From a virus, in IMG/VR virus record IMGVR_UViG_3300025732_000030, positions 14,500-78,499 of that record: DNA of 64,000 nt. One strand, written 5' to 3'. Positions 1 to 10,300 of this stretch are shown one piece after another; position 1 is the stretch's first letter, and each line of letters begins with the position of its first letter. Made by a program: the position numbers and the translations under genes. Under the pieces are notes generated by a model. That model saw nothing but the letters and a program-made list of their open reading frames with translations, searched no databases and was not told the origin of the DNA.

Positions 1-2
1 CT

Positions 3-3000
3 TCTTATCATATACCTGGAAGAGCAGCAAGAAGATGGGGGCCTAATTCTTATTTTGAAAATGCACCAAATTCTCTTTCTAATGGGGATAGTTTTCCAGG
101 AGATACTAAAATATTTCAAACAATAAATACAGCCACACAAACATCAACTGGTGGTACAACATTGCCTGATGGTGGAACTATTGTTGGTGTGGGTGATATG
201 GGATACTGGCAATCTACAGAAATATATCCAGATGATAGGCCAGATATATGGAATGCAAGTGACCACATGTGGACTGGAAAATTTCAATCTCCAAATCCAT
301 CATATGATCTTTGTGGTTTACCAATTAGACACCACAAGTTTCCTGAGAATGTAATTTATAATGCTGTTACAGGTAACTTAACAAACTTAACTGGCTCAAG
401 CCACTTTAGAAAAGACGCTGTAACTGGGGCTCTCTTCATTAGAGTAATGGGAGTAAGATTTAAAAATATTATTCTTCCAAAAGATAATGATGGTATTGAT
501 ATACAAAATATAGTTGGTTATGAAATATTAAGGGGTGGTAGAGATGGTAACAAATCTATTGTTGCTAAAGGTATGATAAATAACTTTAGAGATTATGAAA
601 GACAAGGGGTTACTGCAAACACAAGAAAGGGGTTATATGCTAATTATCCTTTTAATACTATTTATCCTGTAGGAAACACATTAAACTCTTCTGACCATAA
701 TTATCAGTATAATGATCCATATATAAAATCAGTAGATAATAATAATGATGTTGTAAATCAAGATATACCAAATAATCTTATTACTTTTCATTCACCAGAT
801 ACAACATTTAGAAATCCATATTTAGGTATACCAGAATTAAAGTTATATGGATATTTATCTGGAACAGCAACTCAACAATTTATTGAACCACAAGGGCATC
901 CTAAATTTACCTTACTTTCAGATGAGGCTTTATGGGTTGCAATGGTTGCTGGTTTATTAGATGTGCTATTAAGATCTGGTGGCAAGAAAACATTTAACTA
1001 TCCCCAAGGTAGTTTTATTAGTCAATTCCAACTTCCTGAAGTAGCAGCAACTACAGCATTGCCCGGAGTACAAGCTAATCTGACTGCACTTACTGGCGTG
1101 ACTACAGCTAATCAAACATTTAATACTGCAATTAATACCTATACCAATAGTGGTTTTGCCTTGTCACAAGCATTTAGTGGACAAAGCACTTTAGACAATA
1201 TTTATAATAACCACAATCAAACAGTTCTATTGGCAGGTGGGAACTATGATCCACAAACATATAGTGTAGAAGCATCTGCATATTCAATGCTTCCTTCATG
1301 GGTATCTACAACATTATCTATTGCTGGAGCAGTATCACAAATAGCATTCTTTTTTATGGAAGGAGCAGGTGCAGCAATTGACGTATTATATGCTTTAGGT
1401 CCATTAAGACAATATGCCCTTCAGTTAATTGCACATGGTTTGTATGATGTATTTAATCCATTTAATATTAATGATACAAAAAGATTTAGAATTGCGGATG
1501 CATTTTATATTGCAAAAAATACATCAGCAGAAGTAAGAAACTATCAAAACACAATAACAGGTAATACAGATAGTTATACAATTAATAACTATAAAAGACC
1601 AAAGATCCTTACTATTAGAACTGAGAGAGCAAATAATAATCAGACTGCGGGTCCAAAGTTATTAGTAGGTGCAACTATTGCTTCTGGTTTAGACCAATCT
1701 TTAGGTTCATTAAACATGTTTGATGATGCAGGGTTTGGACCTAAAATAAATGACAAGGATAAAAGTAAAGAATTTCAAGCAAAAATTGCAAGTCATTATG
1801 GAGCATTAAAAATAAATATAGAAGATCAATATGGTAATTTAAGAAGTATTATACAATTACCAATAACACCATGTGAGCAACATATTCCAAATTTACCAGT
1901 TTCAAATATAAGTGTTAACTATAATTTACCAGATGGAACCCCTACATCAACAATAATACAACAAAAAATAATTCAATCTTCTATAGAGTTATTTAATGGA
2001 GATACTTATGTATGTAGGTTTACTGAAAAAAATCCAATGTTCTTTTTCTATGATTGGTTATATGGTGAACCAAATGGTTATGAATATAATTACTTTAATA
2101 ACCAAATGATCCCTGAACCAAGATTTTGGTCAAATAGTGAAAAATATGACATTAGCAATTTACAAGTAACTAATATTGCTGCTTGGACGGCCATAATAAA
2201 TAATGCAACAACAGGTACAGGATTCCTTCCTAGCTCATATTATAATTTAGATAATGATAATTATAATATGACCAATGATCATCATGGGGCTTATCCTGGT
2301 TTTATGTTTGTTAAAAATTCATATTTCTATTTATCAGCTTCAGGTGTTAGGGACTTTGTTGTTGAATCAGATGTATTATTAGACTTTAGAGAAGTTGGTG
2401 TATTTGATTATGAAAAATGTTATCAACCCTATCAGTACACAGATTTATATGCCATGTTTAGAATGGATAAATTAACTGCTACTGAAGGAAATTTCTACAT
2501 ATATGATCAGTCTTTAAGTATTAGTAGATTAACTAATAGGTTTACTTCTTTTGGATTTCTGCAGTCAGTATTTTATGATCCCACTGTTGCAGAGCTTTGC
2601 TATACATATTTACCAAATACAATAACATATTCATTACCAACAACTGCTAATACTGCAATTGATTATTGGTATATGTTTTTACCATTTAATAGAAAAAACT
2701 TTATCGGTCAAATTAGTTCTGTAAAATCTTTTGCTAAAACTGGTGCTTTTGTAACATTTAAAAATGAAAGTCCTATTGTATTTCAAGGAGTAGATACATT
2801 AGAAATGGATGGCTCAGGTACTAAAGTTATTATTGGTGACGGAGGTTTATTTGCAAGAGAACCTCAAAATGTTGTAGTAGCAGATCAACCATATATGTAT
2901 GGCTCTTCACAGGGAAGATTATCAGTTATATCTACTCCTGCAGGTATGTACTATGTTTCACAAGATCAAGGTAAAATATTTTCTTATGGTGAGGGGCTTA

Positions 3001-4118
3001 CAGAAATAAATCAAGCAGGTATGAAGTGGTGGTTTGATGAATTTTTACCATCTAAATTACTAGCAGACTTTCCTCAATTCCCCTATGCAGATAATCCAGT
3101 AGCTGGTGTTGGTACGCAAGCTATTTATGATAATGGCAATTCAGTATTATATTTCTGTAAAAAAGATTATAAACTAAAAACATATGATCAGTTTGGTAAT
3201 CTAATAAAACCACAAGTAACATATGTGAATACAGGAAAAGAAAGTTACTTTTTATATGTTCCCATTGGAGCTGACGGTAAATTATTAACTCCTGTAAAAA
3301 TGCCTTTAGGAGATCCATTAATATTTGAAGATGCTTCTTGGACAATGAGCTATGATCCAAAATCTAAATTCTGGATTAGTTTTCATGACTGGCATCCAAA
3401 TTTAATTATTCCTACAAAAGAAAGTTTTGTAAGTATTGTTAAAAATGAATTGTGGCAACATTATTTTTCATGTAATGACTATTGTAATTTTTATGGTACA
3501 CAGTATCCATTTGAAGTTGAGTTCCCAGTATCAACAGGTCAAACAGTAACTACTTTAAAATCAGTAGAGTATATTCTTGAATGTTATAGAAGAGATACTA
3601 TACATTGCATGGATCAGTTTCATGTGCTTGATTATAATTTTGATCAAGCTGTGATTTATAACTCAGAACAAATCTCTGGATATTTAAATCTTAATATATT
3701 TCCCAAAAACAATGTGACTCTATCTTTAGATTATCCTAAACTTAATCAATCTAACTTAGCTTCATTTGATGTATTATTCTCAAAAGAAGAACAGAAGTAT
3801 AGAATAAATCAGTTCTGGGATATTACAAAAGATAGGGGGGAATTCCCACTTACTGCAGGCTATCCTCCAACAGGACCACTTGTTCCAGGAACAACAGTTC
3901 TTTTAGGAAACTATCCACAAGAATTATTATGGATTACAGAATCTAATGGATATAAAAAATCTATTAATCCAAATTCTGTAAACTATAATAAAGATTCTAT
4001 GCAGAGAAAGAAATTTAGACATATGGTTAACTTTATACATCTAAGTAAAGCAGATACTAGAGATACCAACATGATCTTTAAAATGTTTAATACCAAAAAT
4101 CAATATTCTTTTAGATAA
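3..4118 (+). CDS. Tail stabilisation/hub-type virion protein, 5' truncated
   Basis: The frame is open from position 3 (SYHIPGR...), so the 162 start in the track is internal. Motifs IRHHKFP, GYEILRG, FNGDTYV, WTMSYD..WISFHDW and its position before the cargo genes fit crAss-like tail stabilisation proteins. Confidence 0.7.
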   Translation, partial: SYHIPGRAARRWGPNSYFENAPNSLSNGDSFPGDTKIFQTINTATQTSTGGTTLPDGGTIVGVGDMGYWQSTEIYPDDRPDIWNASDHMWTGKFQSPNPSYDLCGLPIRHHKFPENVIYNAVTGNLTNLTGSSHFRKDAVTGALFIRVMGVRFKNIILPKDNDGIDIQNIVGYEILRGGRDGNKSIVAKGMINNFRDYERQGVTANTRKGLYANYPFNTIYPVGNTLNSSDHNYQYNDPYIKSVDNNNDVVNQDIPNNLITFHSPDTTFRNPYLGIPELKLYGYLSGTATQQFIEPQGHPKFTLLSDEALWVAMVAGLLDVLLRSGGKKTFNYPQGSFISQFQLPEVAATTALPGVQANLTALTGVTTANQTFNTAINTYTNSGFALSQAFSGQSTLDNIYNNHNQTVLLAGGNYDPQTYSVEASAYSMLPSWVSTTLSIAGAVSQIAFFFMEGAGAAIDVLYALGPLRQYALQLIAHGLYDVFNPFNINDTKRFRIADAFYIAKNTSAEVRNYQNTITGNTDSYTINNYKRPKILTIRTERANNNQTAGPKLLVGATIASGLDQSLGSLNMFDDAGFGPKINDKDKSKEFQAKIASHYGALKINIEDQYGNLRSIIQLPITPCEQHIPNLPVSNISVNYNLPDGTPTSTIIQQKIIQSSIELFNGDTYVCRFTEKNPMFFFYDWLYGEPNGYEYNYFNNQMIPEPRFWSNSEKYDISNLQVTNIAAWTAIINNATTGTGFLPSSYYNLDNDNYNMTNDHHGAYPGFMFVKNSYFYLSASGVRDFVVESDVLLDFREVGVFDYEKCYQPYQYTDLYAMFRMDKLTATEGNFYIYDQSLSISRLTNRFTSFGFLQSVFYDPTVAELCYTYLPNTITYSLPTTANTAIDYWYMFLPFNRKNFIGQISSVKSFAKTGAFVTFKNESPIVFQGVDTLEMDGSGTKVIIGDGGLFAREPQNVVVADQPYMYGSSQGRLSVISTPAGMYYVSQDQGKIFSYGEGLTEINQAGMKWWFDEFLPSKLLADFPQFPYADNPVAGVGTQAIYDNGNSVLYFCKKDYKLKTYDQFGNLIKPQVTYVNTGKESYFLYVPIGADGKLLTPVKMPLGDPLIFEDASWTMSYDPKSKFWISFHDWHPNLIIPTKESFVSIVKNELWQHYFSCNDYCNFYGTQYPFEVEFPVSTGQTVTTLKSVEYILECYRRDTIHCMDQFHVLDYNFDQAVIYNSEQISGYLNLNIFPKNNVTLSLDYPKLNQSNLASFDVLFSKEEQKYRINQFWDITKDRGEFPLTAGYPPTGPLVPGTTVLLGNYPQELLWITESNGYKKSINPNSVNYNKDSMQRKKFRHMVNFIHLSKADTRDTNMIFKMFNTKNQYSFR

Positions 4119-7100
4119 TGAAAAAATCTCTGAAAAAAGGTTTACCTGGTGGCCCAAATGAAAAACTATTTTCAAAAGAAGGATATAGAAGTACATCCTC
4201 TGATGTAAATAATTTATTTAATATCATTCCTTCTGGTAATATTACTATGAAGGAAAAAGATGGAACACCATTAAAAAAAGGACCTTTATTAGGGATTGAT
4301 AATTTGGGTAATTCACAATTAATGCTTCCTGGTGCAGATTATCAATTTCCTGGAAATGTTGTTCAAGAGGTTCCATTAGCTAAAAAGGGAGGGCCTTTTC
4401 AGAATAGCAATATTTATGCAACTAATAAACTATTTGCAATAAATCCATTATTTAAAAAAAGAAAGAAGGGTAAAAAAGCAAGGGGTATTTATAATCCTAA
4501 AGCAAAGTATACTTATGATGAAGGTGGAGAAACAAATTGCCCATTAGGTTATATGTGGAATGGTATAGAATGTATTCTTAATCCTTTTGAAACAAGACCA
4601 AGTCAAAGAGCAGCTGTTTATATGGATAAAGATGGTACTTATAAGATGGACCCAGTATACCAACAGTTCTCTCAACAAAAGTTTGATGTAGCAGAATCTA
4701 ATAGAAAAGCACAAGAGTTTAATAAGATGTATGTTCAGTCTAAAAACTATAAAAGACTTTTAAAGAAACAAGGTTATACTCCTGAAGAAATAGAAGATAG
4801 AATTAATTCTGTCATGAACATAAATGACTTCAGGTATATTGATCAAGGTCAAAGTTGGGTAGGTGCTGATGAAAATACAGGTAAGGAATTTATATCATAC
4901 AATGTAACAGATCCAGGTGATTGGCCTGGGTTTGATCAGATAGCAGCACATGAGTGGGGTCATGTAGGTGTAGACTCAGGAGCTAGTCCTCTTAAACAAA
5001 AAGAAAAAGAAGAGTTTATTAATAGGATAAATAAAGAACAGGCAGGAGTTACTGGTAACCCAGATGACTTAGTGCATGATATGGAGCCTCAAGAAAATAG
5101 GGCAGACTTAGTACAATTAAAACTACAACTGCAAGAATCTGGAATATTTGATTCCACAAAAAGAAAAAGATTCACAAAGAAAGATCTTAACAAATATAAG
5201 GAGGCTATGAAGTCTTCTGAAAGAAATTGGGATAACATGTGGAATAGAATGTTTAGATTATATGATGATGATAGCATTATATATTTGATGAACAATGTTG
5301 CACAAAATAATTCCAATGAAGATGTCCAAGTTGCAAAGTATGGTTTTGAATTAGATCTTACAGAAGATGAAATACAAAAATATGTTAAAGGAGGATACAT
5401 AGTAGAAGACATTTCTGTGCCTTTATTAACTAGAATGCAACTTGCTGGTGAAGTTCCTGAATCAACATATACACCCATCGCACCTAATTATTTAGAAGAA
5501 AATCCAGAAACATATTCTCAAATTGTAAATAAACCAGAGGTCTCTACAGAAAGAGAAGGTTCAGATATTGGTAAACTAAGAGCAGAGTTCCGTGAACAAA
5601 ATCCATTAGATATATTTTTAGATGAGAAGAAAAGACAATATCTAAGAAGAAATAAAGGATTAAATAAATCTGCTGGAGTTACTATGGAAAAATTTCCAGA
5701 AGATGTTCTTCAGAACTTTATGAAAGAGTATGATTATAAAACAAATAATTATGCTGTAAAAAAACTTGGTAAGAAAGAAGGATGGAATCCTAGAAGAAGA
5801 GGTGAATGGGTAGATGAACTCACACCCGGTGAAAAAGATGCTGTAGCAGAATCTAGATATGGTTCTAAGCTACAACCAAGTTATTGGTCTAGATCATTAG
5901 CAGGTGTTCAAGAATTAGGTAATACTCTTCTACCAGGTCAGCCATTACAGTTTGATATTCCCGGGCTCACAAAGAAAGAGGAAAAAGAAATGAGAGACTC
6001 TAAATTAAGTGCTCTTGAGACTCTTGCACCAATAGATATTCCAGGTGCAGTTATAGCCAATCTTTCCAAAAATACTGGATTATCTACAGGTTCTGATTAT
6101 AAAGAACAACCAAACGTATTATCTGGTGAAAAAATGTCTAATGTTTCTGATATAGATGCAACATTATTAAATCCATTAACTTATGCAGGACTAGAAGCAC
6201 TACCTGAGCTTGGTGTAAATTTAGTTAAGGGTATTAGTAAAGGCATTTCTGCAGCACCAGAAGCTATTTCAAATTTAAAAAAGTTTATTACTACAGAAGC
6301 ACCTTTAAACTTGGATACGCCAGTTAATAATATTGATAATGTAGTAGATGTAAGATCAAAAGTTTTAGAAAGTGTTCCAAAAGATGCTCCATATGTTATG
6401 TCAGATGAACTTTTACCTGATTATAAAACATTTAAAACTAGAGGACGATCAATAACATATGATGAGGGTGTTGATCTTTTAGAAGATATGGCAAATAAAT
6501 ATCCTGTGCTTCAAGAAAGTCCTAAAATACCAGTATACTATCACGGAACTACATCTGCCTCTTTACCTGGTATAATTAAAAATGAAGGACTATTACCTGT
6601 TGGTGAATTAATAAGAGAAGGTAAAATTCCATTAACAGGTGAGCTAGGTTCTGGAGTTGCAGGTATAAATAATTCAAGTATATCAACTGCAATGGCAAGA
6701 GGACATCAGGGTGCATTGGATTATGCAATTGGTTTATCTGGAAAAAATAAAGTTAATGTGGAAGATGATTTGGCAAAATGGTTTGAAAGAGGTGGTAGAG
6801 AATCTTTTGTTGAGTCACCATATAGTCCAGATATTTCTTTTTATGATGATTTAAAAAATAAAAGATTAACTGAATGGCAAAATTTATCTGATGCTGAAAA
6901 AGCTTTAGTTCAAGATAATTATCCTGTTATGTTTGGAATAAATCCTACAAAAGGAAATACTGAAAGATTTGTTATTCCAAAAACAGATATATCAGATGAA
7001 GTTGGTATTTCTGGTAAAATTAATTTTGAAGAAATTCCTTCTATTTTTGTACCAAAAAGTAAAGTAGCAGCTCTTCAAGAACAATTGGGAACAAAAACAA

Positions 7101-7255
7101 AAGTATTACCCATTGAGGATTTTATGCAGAATTATAAAAATGCAGATCAGTATAATCAAATGGGTTATTCAAAAGGTGGTATAGTGGCTCAACTTCTTAA
7201 AACACAAATTGATAAACTTATAAAACAAGGATACATAATAGAGGAGATTGATTAA
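4118..7255 (+). CDS. Modular virion cargo protein: zincin metallopeptidase module plus C-terminal ADP-ribosyltransferase-like module
   Basis: HEWGH (4949-4963) with a downstream ENRAD helix. YYHGT..SLPGII..GLLP (from about 6536) with a distal DEV.I.G.I strand (about 6995). Start overlaps the previous stop (TAATG). Confidence 0.65.
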   Translation: MKKSLKKGLPGGPNEKLFSKEGYRSTSSDVNNLFNIIPSGNITMKEKDGTPLKKGPLLGIDNLGNSQLMLPGADYQFPGNVVQEVPLAKKGGPFQNSNIYATNKLFAINPLFKKRKKGKKARGIYNPKAKYTYDEGGETNCPLGYMWNGIECILNPFETRPSQRAAVYMDKDGTYKMDPVYQQFSQQKFDVAESNRKAQEFNKMYVQSKNYKRLLKKQGYTPEEIEDRINSVMNINDFRYIDQGQSWVGADENTGKEFISYNVTDPGDWPGFDQIAAHEWGHVGVDSGASPLKQKEKEEFINRINKEQAGVTGNPDDLVHDMEPQENRADLVQLKLQLQESGIFDSTKRKRFTKKDLNKYKEAMKSSERNWDNMWNRMFRLYDDDSIIYLMNNVAQNNSNEDVQVAKYGFELDLTEDEIQKYVKGGYIVEDISVPLLTRMQLAGEVPESTYTPIAPNYLEENPETYSQIVNKPEVSTEREGSDIGKLRAEFREQNPLDIFLDEKKRQYLRRNKGLNKSAGVTMEKFPEDVLQNFMKEYDYKTNNYAVKKLGKKEGWNPRRRGEWVDELTPGEKDAVAESRYGSKLQPSYWSRSLAGVQELGNTLLPGQPLQFDIPGLTKKEEKEMRDSKLSALETLAPIDIPGAVIANLSKNTGLSTGSDYKEQPNVLSGEKMSNVSDIDATLLNPLTYAGLEALPELGVNLVKGISKGISAAPEAISNLKKFITTEAPLNLDTPVNNIDNVVDVRSKVLESVPKDAPYVMSDELLPDYKTFKTRGRSITYDEGVDLLEDMANKYPVLQESPKIPVYYHGTTSASLPGIIKNEGLLPVGELIREGKIPLTGELGSGVAGINNSSISTAMARGHQGALDYAIGLSGKNKVNVEDDLAKWFERGGRESFVESPYSPDISFYDDLKNKRLTEWQNLSDAEKALVQDNYPVMFGINPTKGNTERFVIPKTDISDEVGISGKINFEEIPSIFVPKSKVAALQEQLGTKTKVLPIEDFMQNYKNADQYNQMGYSKGGIVAQLLKTQIDKLIKQGYIIEEID

Positions 7256-7297
7256 ACTTATTTGGTTTACTACTTAAATTTATTTTTAGTATATTTA
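7253..7297 (+). promoter_or_regulatory. Putative late promoter TAAACTT-N6-TTTA-N20-TATATTTA
   Basis: The same three elements occur with identical spacing at 13989-14033. They resemble the Bacteroidota -33 TTTG / -7 TAnnTTTG promoter. Confidence 0.55.
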
Positions 7298-7313
7298 ATA
7301 TATAACGTGCAAC

Positions 7314-10300
7314 ATGGCAACAAAAAAAGTTAGAATCCGCAAACCCAATGAAGGTGAACAACCCGGGTTTATTAGTAAGCTCAGTAAGTATACAGAGACC
7401 AAGAAAGAACAGTCTCAATATTCTGATGAAGATATATATAGGTATATACTTACTAAAGTTCAAGAAGGAGATTTTCCTGAACAAATTATTGCGGATTTAG
7501 AAAAATATAAAATTCCAAGATCAAAAGTAGCTGACACTGCTTATGATTTATATGATGATTATAAAAGGGCTGCTGAAGAAAAGAAAAAAGAATCTGGTAA
7601 AGCACCATATGATACAGAAAATCCTTATAATACAGAAACTGCATCCACAGAAGATGAAACTGCAGAAGAAGTTTATGATGAAGAAGAAGATGATGAGGAA
7701 ATACAAGAAGCTCAAGCCGGGGGTCAGTTTATAGGTAATAGCATTTTTCCAAAACCAACAAAACCTTATTATGTGGGGGCTGATGCAGAGCCATATGATA
7801 ATGCTTATAAAACAGGTGGGGCAACTAGTAAAAGATCTTTTATTAATAAGTTTGTAAAAGATAAACTTAAACAAGCTGCAGAAGGTGATGAGGTTCAGAA
7901 CAATGAATTCTATTTACCACCTACCGGAACTATAGATGATCCAATGGGTAAGTATACTCAAAAAGCAAAACTATTTGCAAAGACAGTACAGAATACTGGT
8001 AATCAAGCAGTATATAAAGAACAAGCAGAACAAGCATATAACAATTATATTCAAAATATGGGCGGCCCCATGAATCAACAAGATTCACATGACCCATTAG
8101 AACATTTACATATATATGGAGAAGCTTTAGATCATACATTAACACAAAATACTTCAGGCATGGCTGATGAATTTCAATTTGGTGGAATAAAAAAATTAAA
8201 AGAAATGGGTGGAAATAGAAGAATAAGAAGAGCTAACAAAGCTTTATTTGGAACACCATATGCTATACCTGGTGTAGATGTTAATTATGAGTTTGGTCCT
8301 CTAGGAGGATTAAGAAAAGCAACAGCAGATTGGGATGTTTCTGTACTGGGAGATCTAGTAAAATTCTTACCACAAAGAGGAGGGTCTTTTAACTCTCCAT
8401 TTAATGCTGGCTATTCATTAGTTTCCACGCCTGCAAAAATGCGGGATAAAGTTATTAGAACAATAAATAATAAAGCTTTAGATGAAGTTGCAGCAAATAC
8501 TCCAGGATCTGATGCTACAAGAAATAATACTACAAATAATAAGGCAGAACTAACTTGCCCTCCGGGAGCAACATATGATGCTAATAAAGGTTACTGTGTA
8601 GACATGAACGGTAGAATGGTATTCTCACCATCTACTATGCTTACTAAAGATTCATCTGAACTTTTAACTAATCCTTTTGTAAATCCTTATGCTGATCAAA
8701 TTCCAGGAAGCTATGAGAACTTAAAAGCAAAACAAGCTAAGACAAATGTATTAACTAATGCTGGTGTATCTCCATTACAAGCTAATACAGCACCTATGTC
8801 AAATATTGCTTGGATGGGTTCTAATGTGGGAATGTTTAAAGAAACTTGGACACCAGAAAAACTTGCATTTGAGAAAGCTGCTGAACCAGAAAGTTACTCT
8901 GATACAAATAAACCTTGGTATTATTTTACGGATCCTTCAGGAAAACAATATGATACACAATATGTAGAAAGTTTTGATCCTTTAACAGGAGAGCCAACTT
9001 TTAATAAAAATTATTATAAAAATAAACCTGCTGATATTTATGATAAAACAGCATATTATCAGAAATATATTGCATCGTCACCCTATTCTTATCTATTAGA
9101 TGAAAATTATAGAAAAGCCAATAATATAAATAAGTTTGAGGACTATACTCCTGAACAGCGAAAACAGTTATATGATTATGGCCAATATTCTTATTTAGTA
9201 ACAGATAAAGAAGGTAATGAATATTCAGCACGAAGTATGGCTCCAGATTATAAAGAACAGGTTTATGATCCAGCTGTGAAGGCCTACAAACCACAATACG
9301 ATATGGGATTATACAATGAGCAGGTAATGGAAAGTTTAGGATTAACCATACCAGATCCATATCAAACAGGTGGTTTTATAGATTCTGAAAATCCAGATCT
9401 ATATAAATTCATTTATGGTGGAGATGATCTTTATGGAGAAGGAGGATATCTTCCAAAAGCAGAATATGGAGATTGGTCAAAAAGTAGATTTAATACAGGT
9501 TTTAAACCAAGATATAGCCAACAAAGAGAAAGATTAACTCTTGATCCAGCTATTATGAATCCATTTGGTGCAGATGGTTGGAGAGAAAATGCCATGAATA
9601 CTTTTAGACAACGTGTTACTGAAGATAGAAATAAACAAGGTACAACTAATAATACTACTCAACCTACTACGACTACTACTAATACACAGCAAGGAACTAA
9701 TACCCAACAAGGTACAAATACACAGCAAGGAAACAATACACAGCAAGGTGCACCTGGAACATTTAATTTTATAGCTCCACCATCAAGAAGAGGAATCTTT
9801 GGTCTTACAAGAGACTTTAATTATGGTTCAGGATTCTCACCAGTTAACTGGCAAGTTCCTGAAGGAACAACATCCATTAGAGAAGTAGCTTATAAAGATC
9901 GTGGTAAATGGTATAATCCATTTGATACTAAAAGAATTAAAGAGTATTATGCAATGGGACTACCTGGTGCAGAAAATACTACAGGACAACCTGCTGGAAC
10001 TACTACTCAACCTGGAACCACCCCTTCTACTAATCAACCAGGAGGAACACAAACTCCATCTGCACAAGTTAGAAATGTATCTGGTATGACTATTACTAAT
10101 GTAGATGGCAATGAGGCAAAAGGTATAGATAGAAAAGGTAGATTAGTTTCCGGAGATCTTACTGGTGATAGACAAATGAATAGGCAAGATAGAAGATATC
10201 AAAGAAGACATGGTAGTCCTGATGAGCCACAAGATCCAGATTTAACTGCACTTGGGTTTCAACCTGATATGTCAAATATGCAAGATATGGAAGAAGTACC

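Noticed and set aside
9640-10060. Tandem repeats as a CRISPR array or DGR
   Set aside because: They are in-frame, degenerate at codon third positions and have no spacers. No cas or reverse transcriptase gene is present.
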